In this document: positions 50,301 to 59,360 of the stretch, in pieces
Position numbering within the stretch: the stretch's first letter is position 1
Layout: the number at the start of each line of letters is the position of its first letter
Origin: Myxococcota bacterium
GTDB taxonomy: Bacteria; Myxococcota_A; Polyangia; Polyangiales; Sandaracinaceae
Assembly (NCBI GenBank): GCA_036149055.1
Contig: JAYZQJ010000137.1
Location: forward strand, 1-64,000
DNA: 64,000 bases
Direction of reading: 5' to 3'
Position numbers and translations under genes: made by a program
The notes under the pieces: generated by a model
What the model saw: only the letters and a program-made list of their open reading frames with translations
Told to the model about the DNA's origin: nothing
Databases searched by the model: none

Positions 50301-52380
50301 GCGCTGCGGGCATCGCCCGGACGCCTGGGAGGCGGTCGCGCAGGCCGAGCTCGAGGCCGGCGATCACGTCGACGCGCTGGGCCGACTCGACGCGGCGCTC
50401 GAGCGCTTCCCCCGCTGGAGCCGGCTGCACGCCCTCCGCGCGCGGGCGCTCCGGATGCTGGTCCGGGCGGAGGAGGAGGCCGCCTGGCGGGCCGCCGTCG
50501 AGACCGCGCCGAGCTCGACCGAGGCGAGGCTGGGCCTCGCGAGCTGCCTCGAGCGGCAGGGCCGGCGCGAGGAGGCGGTGGCCACCCTGGAGGAGGCGAC
50601 GCGGCGGCGGCCGCGCGACGTCGACGCGCAGGTCGAGCTCGCGCGCCTCGAGGCCGCCGCGGGGCGCGCCGACGCGGCGCTGGAGCGTCTGCTCGGGCTG
50701 GGTCGGCCCGCGGCCTACGATCTGCGCGCCTTCCAGCGCGTGGCGGCGCTCGCGCGGGAGCTCGATCGCGTCGACGAGGTCGAGCGCTGGATCGAGGAGC
50801 TCGCGGCCGCCGCGCCGCGCTCCGCCGTGCTGCCGCTCCGGCTCGCCGAGCTCGCCCAGGAGATCGACGCGCGGGTCGACGCGCTCCGCCGCGCGCTCGC
50901 CGTCGACGCCCGCTGCTTCGAGGCGGCGGACTTCCTGGCCGAGAGCCTGAGCCTGGCCGGGCGGCACGACGAGGCGCTCGCCGCCTGTCCCCCCGCGGAG
51001 TGGGTGGGGCCGGTGCCGCTCCCGCTGCGCGGTCGCCGCGCCTGGGTGCTCGCCGCGCGGGGCGACGTCGACGACGCGATCGTGGCCATGGAGAGGCTCC
51101 TCGAGCTCGACCCCGGATACGCCTGGGGGCGTCGCCAGGTGTGTGACTGGCTCGACCGGCAGGGGCGCGCGTCCGCCTTCCGCCAGCACGCCGAGGCGCT
51201 GGTCTCGCGCGATCCGAACGTCGCCTTGCACCACGCCTACCTCGGCGACGCCTGCCTCGCGGTGGACGATCGCGCCGCCGCCGTCGCCGCCTTCGGGCGC
51301 GCGGTGGAGCTGGAGCCGGCCGATCCGTACGCGCTGCAGGCGTCGGTGGATCTCGCGCTCGAGCGCGGCGCGCTCACCGAGGCGCGGGAGACCCTCGAGC
51401 GGGCGGCTCACGCCGCGCGGCGCGACCTGGTCGACGCGCTGACCGTGCAGCTCGAGGTCGCCTCACGGCGCCCGGAGGAGGCCCTGAGCGCCTTCGACCG
51501 GCTCCTCGCGCAGGGCGCGGAGCAGGCGCTCTTCGAGCGCGCGATGAGCGCGCTCGAGGGATCGTCGGTCGCGCGCGCGGCGCGGCGTCGCGCCCAGGCT
51601 GCCCTCGAGGGCGAGGCGACGCAGTGGAGCGAGGCGCTCGGCCACGCGTGGGCGGTCGTCGGCCTGCGCCACGGCGCCCGCCGCGCCCTGCGGCTGCTCG
51701 CACGCCCCCGGCGCCTGGGCGCGGCCGGCGTCGCCGCCGCCACGCTGCTGATCGAGCACCTCGCGCTCCAGCGGGGGCGACTCTGGCTGCTCTGGCTCTG
51801 GCTGGGGCACCGCGAGTGGGTCCGTCGTCACGACGGCACGTGGGCCATGTTCGGCTTCGCGCTCCGGTGCTTGGGCTCGTGGAGAGCCTGCGCCCGCTGG
51901 CTCGCCGACGGACCGAGGCGGGCGGGCGTGAAGCGCTGGATGCTCACCCACCTCGTGGCCGCGTACTGGGCGACCGGCCGGGCGGCGCTCGCCTCCGACG
52001 TGGTCGACGCCGCGCTGGCGTTGCCTCCGGACTTCAGCCACGACGCGCACGCCGCGTGGCGGGCCTTCGAGGAGGCCCTGGACGGACGGGCCCGCGAGGT
52101 GGAGCGCGAGCTCCCGGAGGTGCGGCTGGCGCCCGCCCAGGAGGAGAACGCGCTGGTGGCGCTCGTGCGCGCGATGGCCGGCGCGGAGCGCGCGCGCGGC
52201 GAGCCCACGATGGACGCCCTCGCGGCGGAGGTGGTCGAGCCGCTCACGGAGGCCGCCGGCTGGGTCCGCGACAGGCCCGAGCTGCGGGCGCCCTGGGCGG
52301 CCGCGATGCGCCAGATCCTCGCCGGGCGATCGTGGTTCCAGCGCGCCTGGCTCCGTCGGATGGTGCTGCCGCGCCCCTGA
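47392..52380 (+). CDS. Giant TPR-repeat protein with embedded C39-like cysteine peptidase domain (about 1660 aa)
   Basis: 'VPHVRQHHETCVPAS...GHAQVVIGYD...VRDP' (Q, C, H, D); many TPR-like helical repeats on both sides. Confidence 0.8.
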   Translation: MSRLAARRRAPSAGVGAEVSLDEVRALYHAGRYAEALEAVGGPGALRALDDPAGRVLAGRLAARLGAPRLAQALFFRAHRDEPTDPEAAHLWGLTLLARRGPWHTLRWLRRLDATSPLLRGLEGRCLAALRDFERAAPLLEGAVRERPDEPWLEVERIMALLEGRDRPEEARIALEGLLTRAPGYRPALHALAQVMSGLGEPERALAVLDGGDSLGFELLSHRAELAFNVGRFEKTEADLVAAIDAASLLEPQVRSSLALRAAEAAYLQRAYRRAAGWARQGDSSRKGGAAPFARRFAAALDGLEDGAALPRRCLDAVPHVRQHHETCVPASLAAVSAFHGAPVDQRAIADEITFAGTTHAAQRAWAERGGWAVRELDVTLDAARALIDAGLPIVLSTRAALSGHAQVVIGYDLAREALLVRDPACPALQEISRELLESQRWWGPRGMVLAPADRAAELAALELPGADAWELRHRLERALDAHDREDAVAALAALEGGDPRHVASARLELARYDDDTDAALEALQALLALHPDCQSLILEYGERARPRRPRDESLRYWREHLEGADPVLLESLAEELRFDPGARAEAARLLHRVLRLRPSSGMAHHVLADLEVAQAGDLETAVEQFRFAVCNSTADEHFAEAYFHHARLLGVDAEALALLERRVEEAGHRSIGPARTLVAAYTDQGRPERGVALLESLAELRPDDGHLAIAVAEAALDAGDEEAAERWLARAAERRHPPGALDRARTRLRRARGAVEEALEASARALAARPADVSAMAAHAAILAEARGDGAALEFLAARHEAEPDLRGLVPELCIWLRDRDDERALRLLDAQLEENPHDVWSHRERSLSLSRLGRSEEALARATETTERFPEDASAWSILGGLLERAGDHARARTALRRAIELDVDEAQAIASLARLGSDPATQREDARFVLARLRERVSRGAGLVEGAFVARVLEPLERRERLAELLERCGHRPDAWEAVAQAELEAGDHVDALGRLDAALERFPRWSRLHALRARALRMLVRAEEEAAWRAAVETAPSSTEARLGLASCLERQGRREEAVATLEEATRRRPRDVDAQVELARLEAAAGRADAALERLLGLGRPAAYDLRAFQRVAALARELDRVDEVERWIEELAAAAPRSAVLPLRLAELAQEIDARVDALRRALAVDARCFEAADFLAESLSLAGRHDEALAACPPAEWVGPVPLPLRGRRAWVLAARGDVDDAIVAMERLLELDPGYAWGRRQVCDWLDRQGRASAFRQHAEALVSRDPNVALHHAYLGDACLAVDDRAAAVAAFGRAVELEPADPYALQASVDLALERGALTEARETLERAAHAARRDLVDALTVQLEVASRRPEEALSAFDRLLAQGAEQALFERAMSALEGSSVARAARRRAQAALEGEATQWSEALGHAWAVVGLRHGARRALRLLARPRRLGAAGVAAATLLIEHLALQRGRLWLLWLWLGHREWVRRHDGTWAMFGFALRCLGSWRACARWLADGPRRAGVKRWMLTHLVAAYWATGRAALASDVVDAALALPPDFSHDAHAAWRAFEEALDGRAREVERELPEVRLAPAQEENALVALVRAMAGAERARGEPTMDALAAEVVEPLTEAAGWVRDRPELRAPWAAAMRQILAGRSWFQRAWLRRMVLPRP

Positions 52381-52511
52381 CGCGGCAGACGAAATCTTCA
52401 TGATTTCGAAGGCCTGGATCCGCCCGAGGGGCGCGGCGCGACCCGGGGGCCGCCGGACGACGTCGACCTCCGCTTGCGCGGGGCTACGGCACATCCGTAC
52501 AGTGCGTCCTC

Positions 52512-54947
52512 ATGGGAGAGCTGCCGTTTTCGGGGGAGGGTTTCGCCGGGCGTCCTCCGGCTCCCTGGGCCGCGTCGCGCGGCCTCGGCACCGTGCTGAC
52601 GAGCTGGCGCGCGGACGCCGGGTTGAAGCGCAGCATCGTGCTCGACGAGGAGGTGCCGGCCCGCGACCCGGTCTACGCGCCGGTGCCGGGCGACCTCGCG
52701 CCGCAGGTGGCGGAGGCGCTGCTCAACCGCGGGGTCGGCGAGCTCTACGCGCACCAGGCGAAGGCGTTCGAGCTGGCTCGGGCCGGCAAGCACGTCGTCG
52801 TCGCGACGCCGACCGCGTCGGGCAAGAGCCTCTGCTACAACCTGCCGGTCCTCGATCGGCTCGCCGGCGAGCCCGAGGCGCGCGCGCTCTACCTCTTCCC
52901 GACCAAGGCGCTCAGCCGCGACCAGGAGGAGGCGCTGCGCGCGCTGATGAAGCAGGCGGGCCTCGACCACGGCGCCGTCACCTACGACGGCGACACGCCC
53001 GGGGACGCGCGGCGGGCGGCCCGGGAGCGGAGCGGCATCCTGCTCAGCAACCCCGACATGCTGCACGCGGGCATCCTCCCGCATCACGCCGCGTGGGCGC
53101 GGTTCTTCGCCAACCTCCGCTACGTGGTGCTCGACGAGCTGCACACCTACCGCGGTGTGTTCGGCAGTCACCTCGCCAACGTGCTGCGGCGGCTGCAGCG
53201 CATCGCGCGCTTCCACGGCAGCGAGCCCACCTTCCTCTTCGCCTCGGCGACGATCGGAAACCCGGGCGAGCACGCCAGCCGCATGCTCGGGGAGCCGGTC
53301 GAGGTGATCGACGAGAGCGGGGCGCCGACCGGCCCGCGCCACGTGATGCTCTACAACCCGCCGGTGGTGAACCCGGAGCTCGGCATCCGGGCGAGCTACA
53401 TCAAGCAGGCGGTGCGCCTCGCGGCCGATCTGGTGCGGGCCGAGGTGCCGACCCTGGTGTTCGGCCAGTCGCGCAACAGCGTCGAGACGATGCTCAAGTA
53501 CCTGCGCGACCGCCTCGCGGCCGACAAGATCGATCCCGATCTCATCGTCGCCTACCGCGGCGGCTACCTCGCCGACACCCGGCGGCGCATCGAGAAGGGG
53601 CTGAGGAGCGGCAGCATCCGCTGCGTGGTGGCCACCAACGCGCTCGAGCTCGGCATCGACATCGGGAGCCTCGACGCGGTCGTCTGCGCCGGTTACCCGG
53701 GCAACGTCGCGGGGCTCTGGCAGCGCTTCGGCCGGAGCGGGCGGCGGCAGGGCGCGGCGCTCTCGCTGCTCGTCACCTCCAGCCACCCCATCGACCAGTA
53801 CGTGGCCTCGGATCCGCGCTTCCTCATCGGCGCGCCCATCGAGCACGCCCGGATCGATCCCGACAACGTGGAGATCCTGGTCCAGCACCTCAAGTGCGCG
53901 GCCTTCGAGCTGCCCTTCGAGGAGGGCGAGCCCTTCGGCGACGTGCCCGAGGACGCGGTGCGCGACGCGCTCGGGTTCCTCGAGACCCACCGGGTGGTGC
54001 ACGCGGCGCCGAACGGGGAGGGCAAGACGGTCTGGCACTGGGCGACCGACGCCTACCCGGCGAACCACGTGTCCCTGCGCAGCCTGAGCTGGGACAACTT
54101 CGTCATCATCGACCTCGACACGAACAAGAACTTCGCCGAGATGGACTGGCGCTCGACGCACACCATGTTGCACGAGCAGGCCATCTATCAGCACGACGGC
54201 GAGCAGTACCAGGTCGAGCGCCTCGACTTCGAGAACCACAAGGCCTACGTGCGGCACGTCGAGCCCGACTACTACACGGACGCGATGACCTACACGAAGG
54301 TCACCGTGACCAGCGAGGACGACGGCGCGGTGATGAGGCTCGGGGCGGCGCCGCTCGCGGCCGGCGTCGGCGAGGTCAGCGTCGTCGAGAAGGTCGTCGG
54401 CTACAAGAAGATCAAGTTCCACACCCACGAGAACGTGGGCTACGGCGACGTGCGGCTGCCCGAGATGCAGATGCACACCACGAGCTTCTGGCTGACCGTG
54501 CCCGAGGACCTGGTGCGCGCGCAGCCGGTGAGCCGCGCGCTCGTGCTCGACGCGCTCCGCGGCCTCGGCAACGCGATGCACCTCGTCGCCAGCGTCGGGC
54601 TGATGTGTGACCCGCGCGACATCGGGCACACGCTGGGCGACCGGGGCGACGAGGAGGGGCCGCCCGGATCGAGCGAGGGCGCGCCCGGCTTCGATCCGAC
54701 GCTCTTCCTCTACGACCAGATGCCCGGCGGGGTCGGTCTGGCGCCGCGCCTCTTCTCGGAGCGGGAGACGCTGCTCCGGCGGACGCGCGCGATGGTGGAG
54801 GGCTGCGGCTGCCCCGACGGGTGCCCGGCCTGCATCGGGCCCGACATCGGGGCGGCCGACGGCAAGCCGCTCCCGAGGGGGCGCACGAGCCGCAAGGGCC
54901 TCGCGCTGGATCTCCTGCGGGCGTTCGGGGTCGCGCCGGTGCACTGA
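52512..54947 (+). CDS. DEAD/DEAH-box helicase with DUF1998 C-terminal domain (MrfA/SftH/Hrq1 family)
   Basis: 'TPTASGKS', 'FPTKAL', 'DELH', 'SATIGNP', 'TNALELGIDIG', 'QRFGRSGRR', 'CDPRDI...CGCPDGCPAC'. Confidence 0.95.
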   Translation: MGELPFSGEGFAGRPPAPWAASRGLGTVLTSWRADAGLKRSIVLDEEVPARDPVYAPVPGDLAPQVAEALLNRGVGELYAHQAKAFELARAGKHVVVATPTASGKSLCYNLPVLDRLAGEPEARALYLFPTKALSRDQEEALRALMKQAGLDHGAVTYDGDTPGDARRAARERSGILLSNPDMLHAGILPHHAAWARFFANLRYVVLDELHTYRGVFGSHLANVLRRLQRIARFHGSEPTFLFASATIGNPGEHASRMLGEPVEVIDESGAPTGPRHVMLYNPPVVNPELGIRASYIKQAVRLAADLVRAEVPTLVFGQSRNSVETMLKYLRDRLAADKIDPDLIVAYRGGYLADTRRRIEKGLRSGSIRCVVATNALELGIDIGSLDAVVCAGYPGNVAGLWQRFGRSGRRQGAALSLLVTSSHPIDQYVASDPRFLIGAPIEHARIDPDNVEILVQHLKCAAFELPFEEGEPFGDVPEDAVRDALGFLETHRVVHAAPNGEGKTVWHWATDAYPANHVSLRSLSWDNFVIIDLDTNKNFAEMDWRSTHTMLHEQAIYQHDGEQYQVERLDFENHKAYVRHVEPDYYTDAMTYTKVTVTSEDDGAVMRLGAAPLAAGVGEVSVVEKVVGYKKIKFHTHENVGYGDVRLPEMQMHTTSFWLTVPEDLVRAQPVSRALVLDALRGLGNAMHLVASVGLMCDPRDIGHTLGDRGDEEGPPGSSEGAPGFDPTLFLYDQMPGGVGLAPRLFSERETLLRRTRAMVEGCGCPDGCPACIGPDIGAADGKPLPRGRTSRKGLALDLLRAFGVAPVH

Positions 54948-56380
54948 TGTCGCTGAAGGCCAAGCTCGCTCGCCTGAAGAGCGCCGGACCCGGGAGCCGC
55001 GCCCCGCAGGCGCCGCCGCGCCCGGAGCTCATGGCCCCGAGCGGCGCGCTCGAAGAGCAGGCTCTCGAAGGCCTCGCTCCCGAAGACCTCGCTCCCGAAG
55101 GCCTCGCTCCCGAAGACCGGGAGCGCAAGGCGCGCATCGCCAAGCTCCGCGGGATGCTCGGCCAGATGATCGCCGACGAGAAGCGGCGCCTGCGCGACCG
55201 GCCGGTCGTGGAGCCGCGCGAGTCGGTGCCGCTGCCCGGCGAGACCCTCCAGACGCCCCACGGCGAGGTGCACCGGGTGGCGAGCTGGCTCGAGCCCGAC
55301 CACCAGCACGGCCGGGTGCCGATCGCCGGCGCCCTCCGGATCGCGCCGCAGACGGTGGCCAAGCTCGCGCTCGACGAGGGGCTCGGCGGCATCGACCCGA
55401 AGCGGCTCGTCTTCCTCGACACCGAGACCACCGGGCTCGCCGGCGGCACCGGCACCTTGCCCTTCCTCATCGGCGTGGCGTGGTTCGAGGACGAGTCGCT
55501 TCGCATCGAGCAGCTCCTCTTGCGCGCGCCGGGCGAGGAGACGCCGATGCTCCGCCGCCTCGCCGAGCACCTCGAGGGGGCGAGCGCGATCGTCAGCTAC
55601 AACGGCAAGAGCTACGACTGGCCGCTGCTGCGCACCCGCTTCGTGCTCAACCGGGTGCCGGTCGCGCAGCCGGCCGCGCACCTCGATCTGCTCCACTGCG
55701 CGCGGCGGGTGTTCAAGCGCCGCCTCGGGCAGGTGCGGCTGGTGCACATGGAGGAGCACGTGCTCGGCATGCGCCGCGAAGGCGACATCGACGGCGCCGA
55801 GATCCCGGAGCGCTTCTGGAGCTTCGTGCGGGACGCCGACGGCTCGCGGCTCGCGCCGGTGATCGAGCACAACGCGAACGACATCGTGGCCCTCTGCGCG
55901 ATCCTCGTGAACCTCGTCGAGCGCTACGAGGAGGTGCGGCCCGAGCACGACCCGGAGGACCGCCTCGGGGTCGCGCAGGTCGCGGTGCGGGCGGCCGATC
56001 CGGATCGCGCGATGCGGTGGGCGGAGAGCGCGGCCGAGGCCGGTGGCCCGGACGACGTCACCGCCGACGCGCTGTGGCTGGCGGCCGAGCTGTGTCGCAA
56101 GCGCGGCGACGACGAGGGCCGCCGGGCGCTCCTCCACCGCGCGCTCGCCTCCGCGGGGGGCGACGCGCGTCGCACGGCTCGTTACCACCTCGCGCTGGCG
56201 AAGCTCTACGAGCACCGGCTCCGCGACTTCGAGCGGGCCCTCGTGCATGCGCGCGCCACCGAGGCGGAGGAGGGCGAGGAGGCGCGCGGACGGCGGGTGG
56301 CGCGGGTGCTCCGCAAGCTGGAGAAGGCGCGGCGGCAGCTGCAGATGGCGGCGGACGCGGCGCCGCCGCCGGGCGAATGA
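54947..56380 (+). CDS. RNase H-like (YprB/MrfB) exonuclease with C-terminal TPR
   Basis: 'FLDTETTGLAGGTG', 'SYNGKSYDWP', 'HLDLLH', 'HNANDI', 'LAKLYEHRLRD'; TGATG coupling to the helicase. Confidence 0.92.
   Translation: MSLKAKLARLKSAGPGSRAPQAPPRPELMAPSGALEEQALEGLAPEDLAPEGLAPEDRERKARIAKLRGMLGQMIADEKRRLRDRPVVEPRESVPLPGETLQTPHGEVHRVASWLEPDHQHGRVPIAGALRIAPQTVAKLALDEGLGGIDPKRLVFLDTETTGLAGGTGTLPFLIGVAWFEDESLRIEQLLLRAPGEETPMLRRLAEHLEGASAIVSYNGKSYDWPLLRTRFVLNRVPVAQPAAHLDLLHCARRVFKRRLGQVRLVHMEEHVLGMRREGDIDGAEIPERFWSFVRDADGSRLAPVIEHNANDIVALCAILVNLVERYEEVRPEHDPEDRLGVAQVAVRAADPDRAMRWAESAAEAGGPDDVTADALWLAAELCRKRGDDEGRRALLHRALASAGGDARRTARYHLALAKLYEHRLRDFERALVHARATEAEEGEEARGRRVARVLRKLEKARRQLQMAADAAPPPGE
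55066..55118. repeat. In-frame 15-bp tandem repeat (about 3.5 copies; EGLAP/EDLAP)
   Basis: CGAAG(G/A)CCTCGCTCC x3 followed by CGAAGACC. Confidence 0.85.
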
Positions 56381-57459
56381 GGCCGGCGACCGTCGCGCTC
56401 GCGCTCCTGCTCGGCGCGTGCGGGGCCCGCACCGGCGTCGACGTCGAGGCCCGCGACGCCCCCGACAGCGGCTTCTTCCGGACCTTCCCCTGCCGCTGGT
56501 CTCTCGGCGTGCCGATCGAGGTCGCGCGCGCGCCCGGCTTCTCGGAGCTCGGCGGCGCCGTCCACGCCACCTCCGACCTCGTGGTGGTGAGCGCGCGCGC
56601 CACCGGCGCCGGTCCCGTCGCGGCCCTCGTGACGCTGCGGGCGTCACCCGAGCTCCGCGTCACCCTCGAGGGCGCCGACGCGGCGGGGCCCTGGCTCACC
56701 GGGCGGGCGGGCTTCCTCCAGCAGCTCGGCGGGCAGTGCGTCGTGCGACTCCACGACGTTGCCCTCGCGCCGGGCGAGCTCTTCGACTGGACCGGGGAGA
56801 TGGCGAGCTGCGCGCTCACCCAGTCCGAGCTCGGGCGGGTCGAGAGCGTGTCCGTGCGGGACTTCGCGAGCGGCGGCGTGGCCACGGTCGCGCCCGAGGA
56901 GGGCGAGGTCCGGCGCCTCGGCCTCGTCGGCCCCGAGCCGGAGCGCGCGGAGGCCTACCTCGATCCCGAAGGCGACGGCGCGCTCGTGATCGTGCGGCGC
57001 TCCGCCTCCACGGAGATCGTGGCCGTCCGGCCGGGGGAGGGCGCGACCGAGGTGGAGGCGGGCGTCGACGCGACGTTCTCGAGCGCGCCCGAGCGGCTCC
57101 GCGGCGGCGTCCTGGTGCTCTCGCGCGCGGGCGACGCGCCGCCCCGGCTGCGCCGCTTCTCGTTCTCGGGCGAGCCGCCGGCGCCGGTGGTCGCGCTCTC
57201 GGGCCTCCGCGCCCCGCCGGTCGGCGCGCTCCGCAGCAACGAGACCGAGGCGCTCCTGCCGCTCGCCGACGGATCGATGGCCTACGTGCCGCTCGCGTCG
57301 AGCGAGCTGCGGTACGTCGGGCCGGTGGCGGAGGGGCCGGTCGAGGCGATGGAGATCGTGCTCCGGCCGGGCGGCAGCGCCGGAGGGCTGCTCTACGTGC
57401 ACTCCCTCTCGCCCACCGAGCGCGCGCTCACGTTCCGCCCGCTGGTGTGCAACCGCTGA
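56377..57459 (+). CDS. Hypothetical lipoprotein
   Basis: 'MRPATVALALLLGACGARTG' lipobox; ATGA overlap with the upstream gene. Confidence 0.75.
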   Translation: MRPATVALALLLGACGARTGVDVEARDAPDSGFFRTFPCRWSLGVPIEVARAPGFSELGGAVHATSDLVVVSARATGAGPVAALVTLRASPELRVTLEGADAAGPWLTGRAGFLQQLGGQCVVRLHDVALAPGELFDWTGEMASCALTQSELGRVESVSVRDFASGGVATVAPEEGEVRRLGLVGPEPERAEAYLDPEGDGALVIVRRSASTEIVAVRPGEGATEVEAGVDATFSSAPERLRGGVLVLSRAGDAPPRLRRFSFSGEPPAPVVALSGLRAPPVGALRSNETEALLPLADGSMAYVPLASSELRYVGPVAEGPVEAMEIVLRPGGSAGGLLYVHSLSPTERALTFRPLVCNR

Positions 57460-57955
57460 TCGCCCGGAGCAGCCGCAGCTGGGCGCCGGTCTCGGGCGAG
57501 GGGTGCGCGCCGTGGAGGAGGCCCGCGCGACGGCGCCGGAGCTCGGCCAGCGCCGCGTCGACGCCGCGCACCACGCCGTGACGCATCCACCACGCCGCGA
57601 CCACGGTGCCGGTCCGGCCGCGGCCCCCCTGGCAGTGCACGTAGACGATCCGGCCGCGCGCGCGGGCCGCGTCGACGGCGTCGAGGATCGCCTCGAGCGC
57701 GGCGCGAGAGGGCGCGGCCCCGTCGAGGATCGGCACGCCGATCCACACCGCCTCGTCCGAGAGCTTGTCCAGCATCGACCGGATGGAGGGAGGCTCGGCC
57801 GGGGTGCGGAGATCGATCACCGTGCGCACGCCTGCGTCGAGCAGGGCCCGCACCGCCGCGCGCAGGGCGGGTCTATCGGCGCCCGCGGGGAGCGGGCCGG
57901 CGAGCAGGTCGTCCGCCGCCCAGTAGCTGTCCGGGATCGGCCCGGCGAAGCTCAC
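57428..57955 (-). CDS. Dual-specificity/protein-tyrosine phosphatase family protein
   Basis: Cx5R loop 'YVHCQGGRGRTG'; 'PILDG'; 'SPETGAQ'. Confidence 0.9.
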   Translation of the reverse strand: MSFAGPIPDSYWAADDLLAGPLPAGADRPALRAAVRALLDAGVRTVIDLRTPAEPPSIRSMLDKLSDEAVWIGVPILDGAAPSRAALEAILDAVDAARARGRIVYVHCQGGRGRTGTVVAAWWMRHGVVRGVDAALAELRRRRAGLLHGAHPSPETGAQLRLLRAISGCTPAGGT

Positions 57956-58587
57956 GCGGTCGCCCCCCGGATGAGGTTCGCGCACGCCTCGTCGAGCAGT
58001 CCGTCCAGCTCGTAGCGGAGCCCCCCGCCCATCGCCTCCATGCCGGCGTAGACGTTGACGATGCCGTGCACGGTCATCAGGGCCACGTTGGCGAGCCGCC
58101 GGGGCTCGACGTCCGGGCGCAGCCGCCCCGCCTCCAGGTCGACCCGGAGCCGCGCCTCGAGCTCACCCATCAGCGCCCAGCTGAGCGGGTAGACCTCGCG
58201 CGCCATGAGATCCGGCGGCGCGTCGCCCGAGAGCGCCCAGATCTGGAGCGCGCGGAAGCCCGCGTAGTCGCTCCGGTGATGGCGCACGTAGGCGCGCATG
58301 AGCGCCTCGAGCGCGGCCAGCCCTCCGTCCGCCGCCCGCACCGCCTCCAGCATCGCCTCGGTCTCGGCGACGAAGTGGTCCACCAGGAGGCCCGCCAGCA
58401 GGGACTCGCGGGAGTCGAAGTAGTAGTAGACCGCGGGCTTGCTGAGGTCGGCCCGCTCCGCCACCGCCGCCACGGTCAGCCCGGGCAGACCGCGCTCGAC
58501 CAGCACCTCCTCCGCGGCGCGCAGGATCAGCGCCCGCTTCTTGGCCTGTCGCCGATCCCGGCGCGCGATGCGCTCCTCTTCGCCCAT
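57952..58587 (-). CDS. TetR/AcrR-family regulator
   Basis: 'ILRAAEEVLVERG...TVAAVAERADLSKPAVYYYFDSRE'. Confidence 0.93.
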   Translation of the reverse strand: MGEEERIARRDRRQAKKRALILRAAEEVLVERGLPGLTVAAVAERADLSKPAVYYYFDSRESLLAGLLVDHFVAETEAMLEAVRAADGGLAALEALMRAYVRHHRSDYAGFRALQIWALSGDAPPDLMAREVYPLSWALMGELEARLRVDLEAGRLRPDVEPRRLANVALMTVHGIVNVYAGMEAMGGGLRYELDGLLDEACANLIRGATA

Positions 58588-58600
58588 CGGCGGCGCGCGC

Positions 58601-59269
58601 TCACAGCCACGCGGTCGCGTGCGCGATCGCGTCCTTGGCGTCCGACTCGATGAGGTCGCCGTGACAGACGGTGGCCCGCTCGAAGTCCCACTCCAGCATG
58701 CGGTCGCGGCTCGCCTTCACCGCCGCGCGGTCCTTCGACACGAAGCGGAGCAGCCGCGACTGCTTGGGGCCGCCCATCGCCCCGGCCATCGAGAGCACCG
58801 CGCGGGTCCACCAGCCGCCGCGCTCGTTGAAGTTGAAGAGGAAGTCGGTGAGCACGAGGGTGCGGCTGGGCGCGTGGTAGAGGACCGTCTCGTTGACGGA
58901 GGGCTGGCCGCCCACCGTGTGCGTCTCGAGCACGCCGGACCACGCGGCCGGCGTCGCGTCGGGCATCGCGCCCGTCACCTCGAGCTTCTTCTGCTTCTTC
59001 TCCACCCCGGGGGCCACGAGCACGTCGGCGTCCGGCCAGCGCGCCTTGGCGCGGCCCGCGAAGAGGTGATGGAAGGTGTTCGGGGCGACGATCCAGCGCA
59101 CGCGGCCGAGCCCGTCGAGCTCCTCCGCCAGCGCGTCGTCGATGCGAACCGGCGAGTGCAACACCAGCTCGTCTCCCACCCGGATCACCGTCATGCGCGT
59201 CCCGAACTCCGCCCTGCCGAGGGTCAGGGGCTGCGCTTCGGTCCAGATCTCTTCGCCGATCGACTCCAT
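58601..59269 (-). CDS. DUF4336-like (metallo-beta-lactamase-fold) protein
   Basis: 'TRMTVIR', 'LHSPV', 'WIVAPNTFHHLF', 'HAPSRTLVLTD', 'WDFER...CHG'; GAGGAGG RBS. Confidence 0.85.
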   Translation of the reverse strand: MESIGEEIWTEAQPLTLGRAEFGTRMTVIRVGDELVLHSPVRIDDALAEELDGLGRVRWIVAPNTFHHLFAGRAKARWPDADVLVAPGVEKKQKKLEVTGAMPDATPAAWSGVLETHTVGGQPSVNETVLYHAPSRTLVLTDFLFNFNERGGWWTRAVLSMAGAMGGPKQSRLLRFVSKDRAAVKASRDRMLEWDFERATVCHGDLIESDAKDAIAHATAWL

Positions 59270-59288
59270 GTTCGCCTCCTCGCCCTGG

Positions 59289-59317
59289 TTTCTGACTCCG
59301 AGTCGAAAAACCGTCAA
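59289..59317 (-). promoter_or_regulatory. Candidate -35 (TTGACG) and palindromic operator upstream of the DUF4336-TetR-phosphatase operon
   Basis: GACTC-C-GAGTC palindrome at 59294-59304; minus-strand TTGACG at 59312-59317. Confidence 0.35.
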
Positions 59318-59360
59318 GGGGTCGAGGTGACGAATTCGGGCCCCGACCTACATTGGCGCC

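Noticed and set aside
47377..51411. Long antisense ORFs (for example 47377-51411, 19340-23197, 4076-7045, 52398-54944)
   Set aside because: These are typical stop-poor antisense shadows of real genes in ~75% GC DNA
52512..54947. DISARM/Druantia defence system
   Set aside because: No associated methylase, SNF2 or PLD genes adjacent; the partner is an MrfB/YprB-like exonuclease
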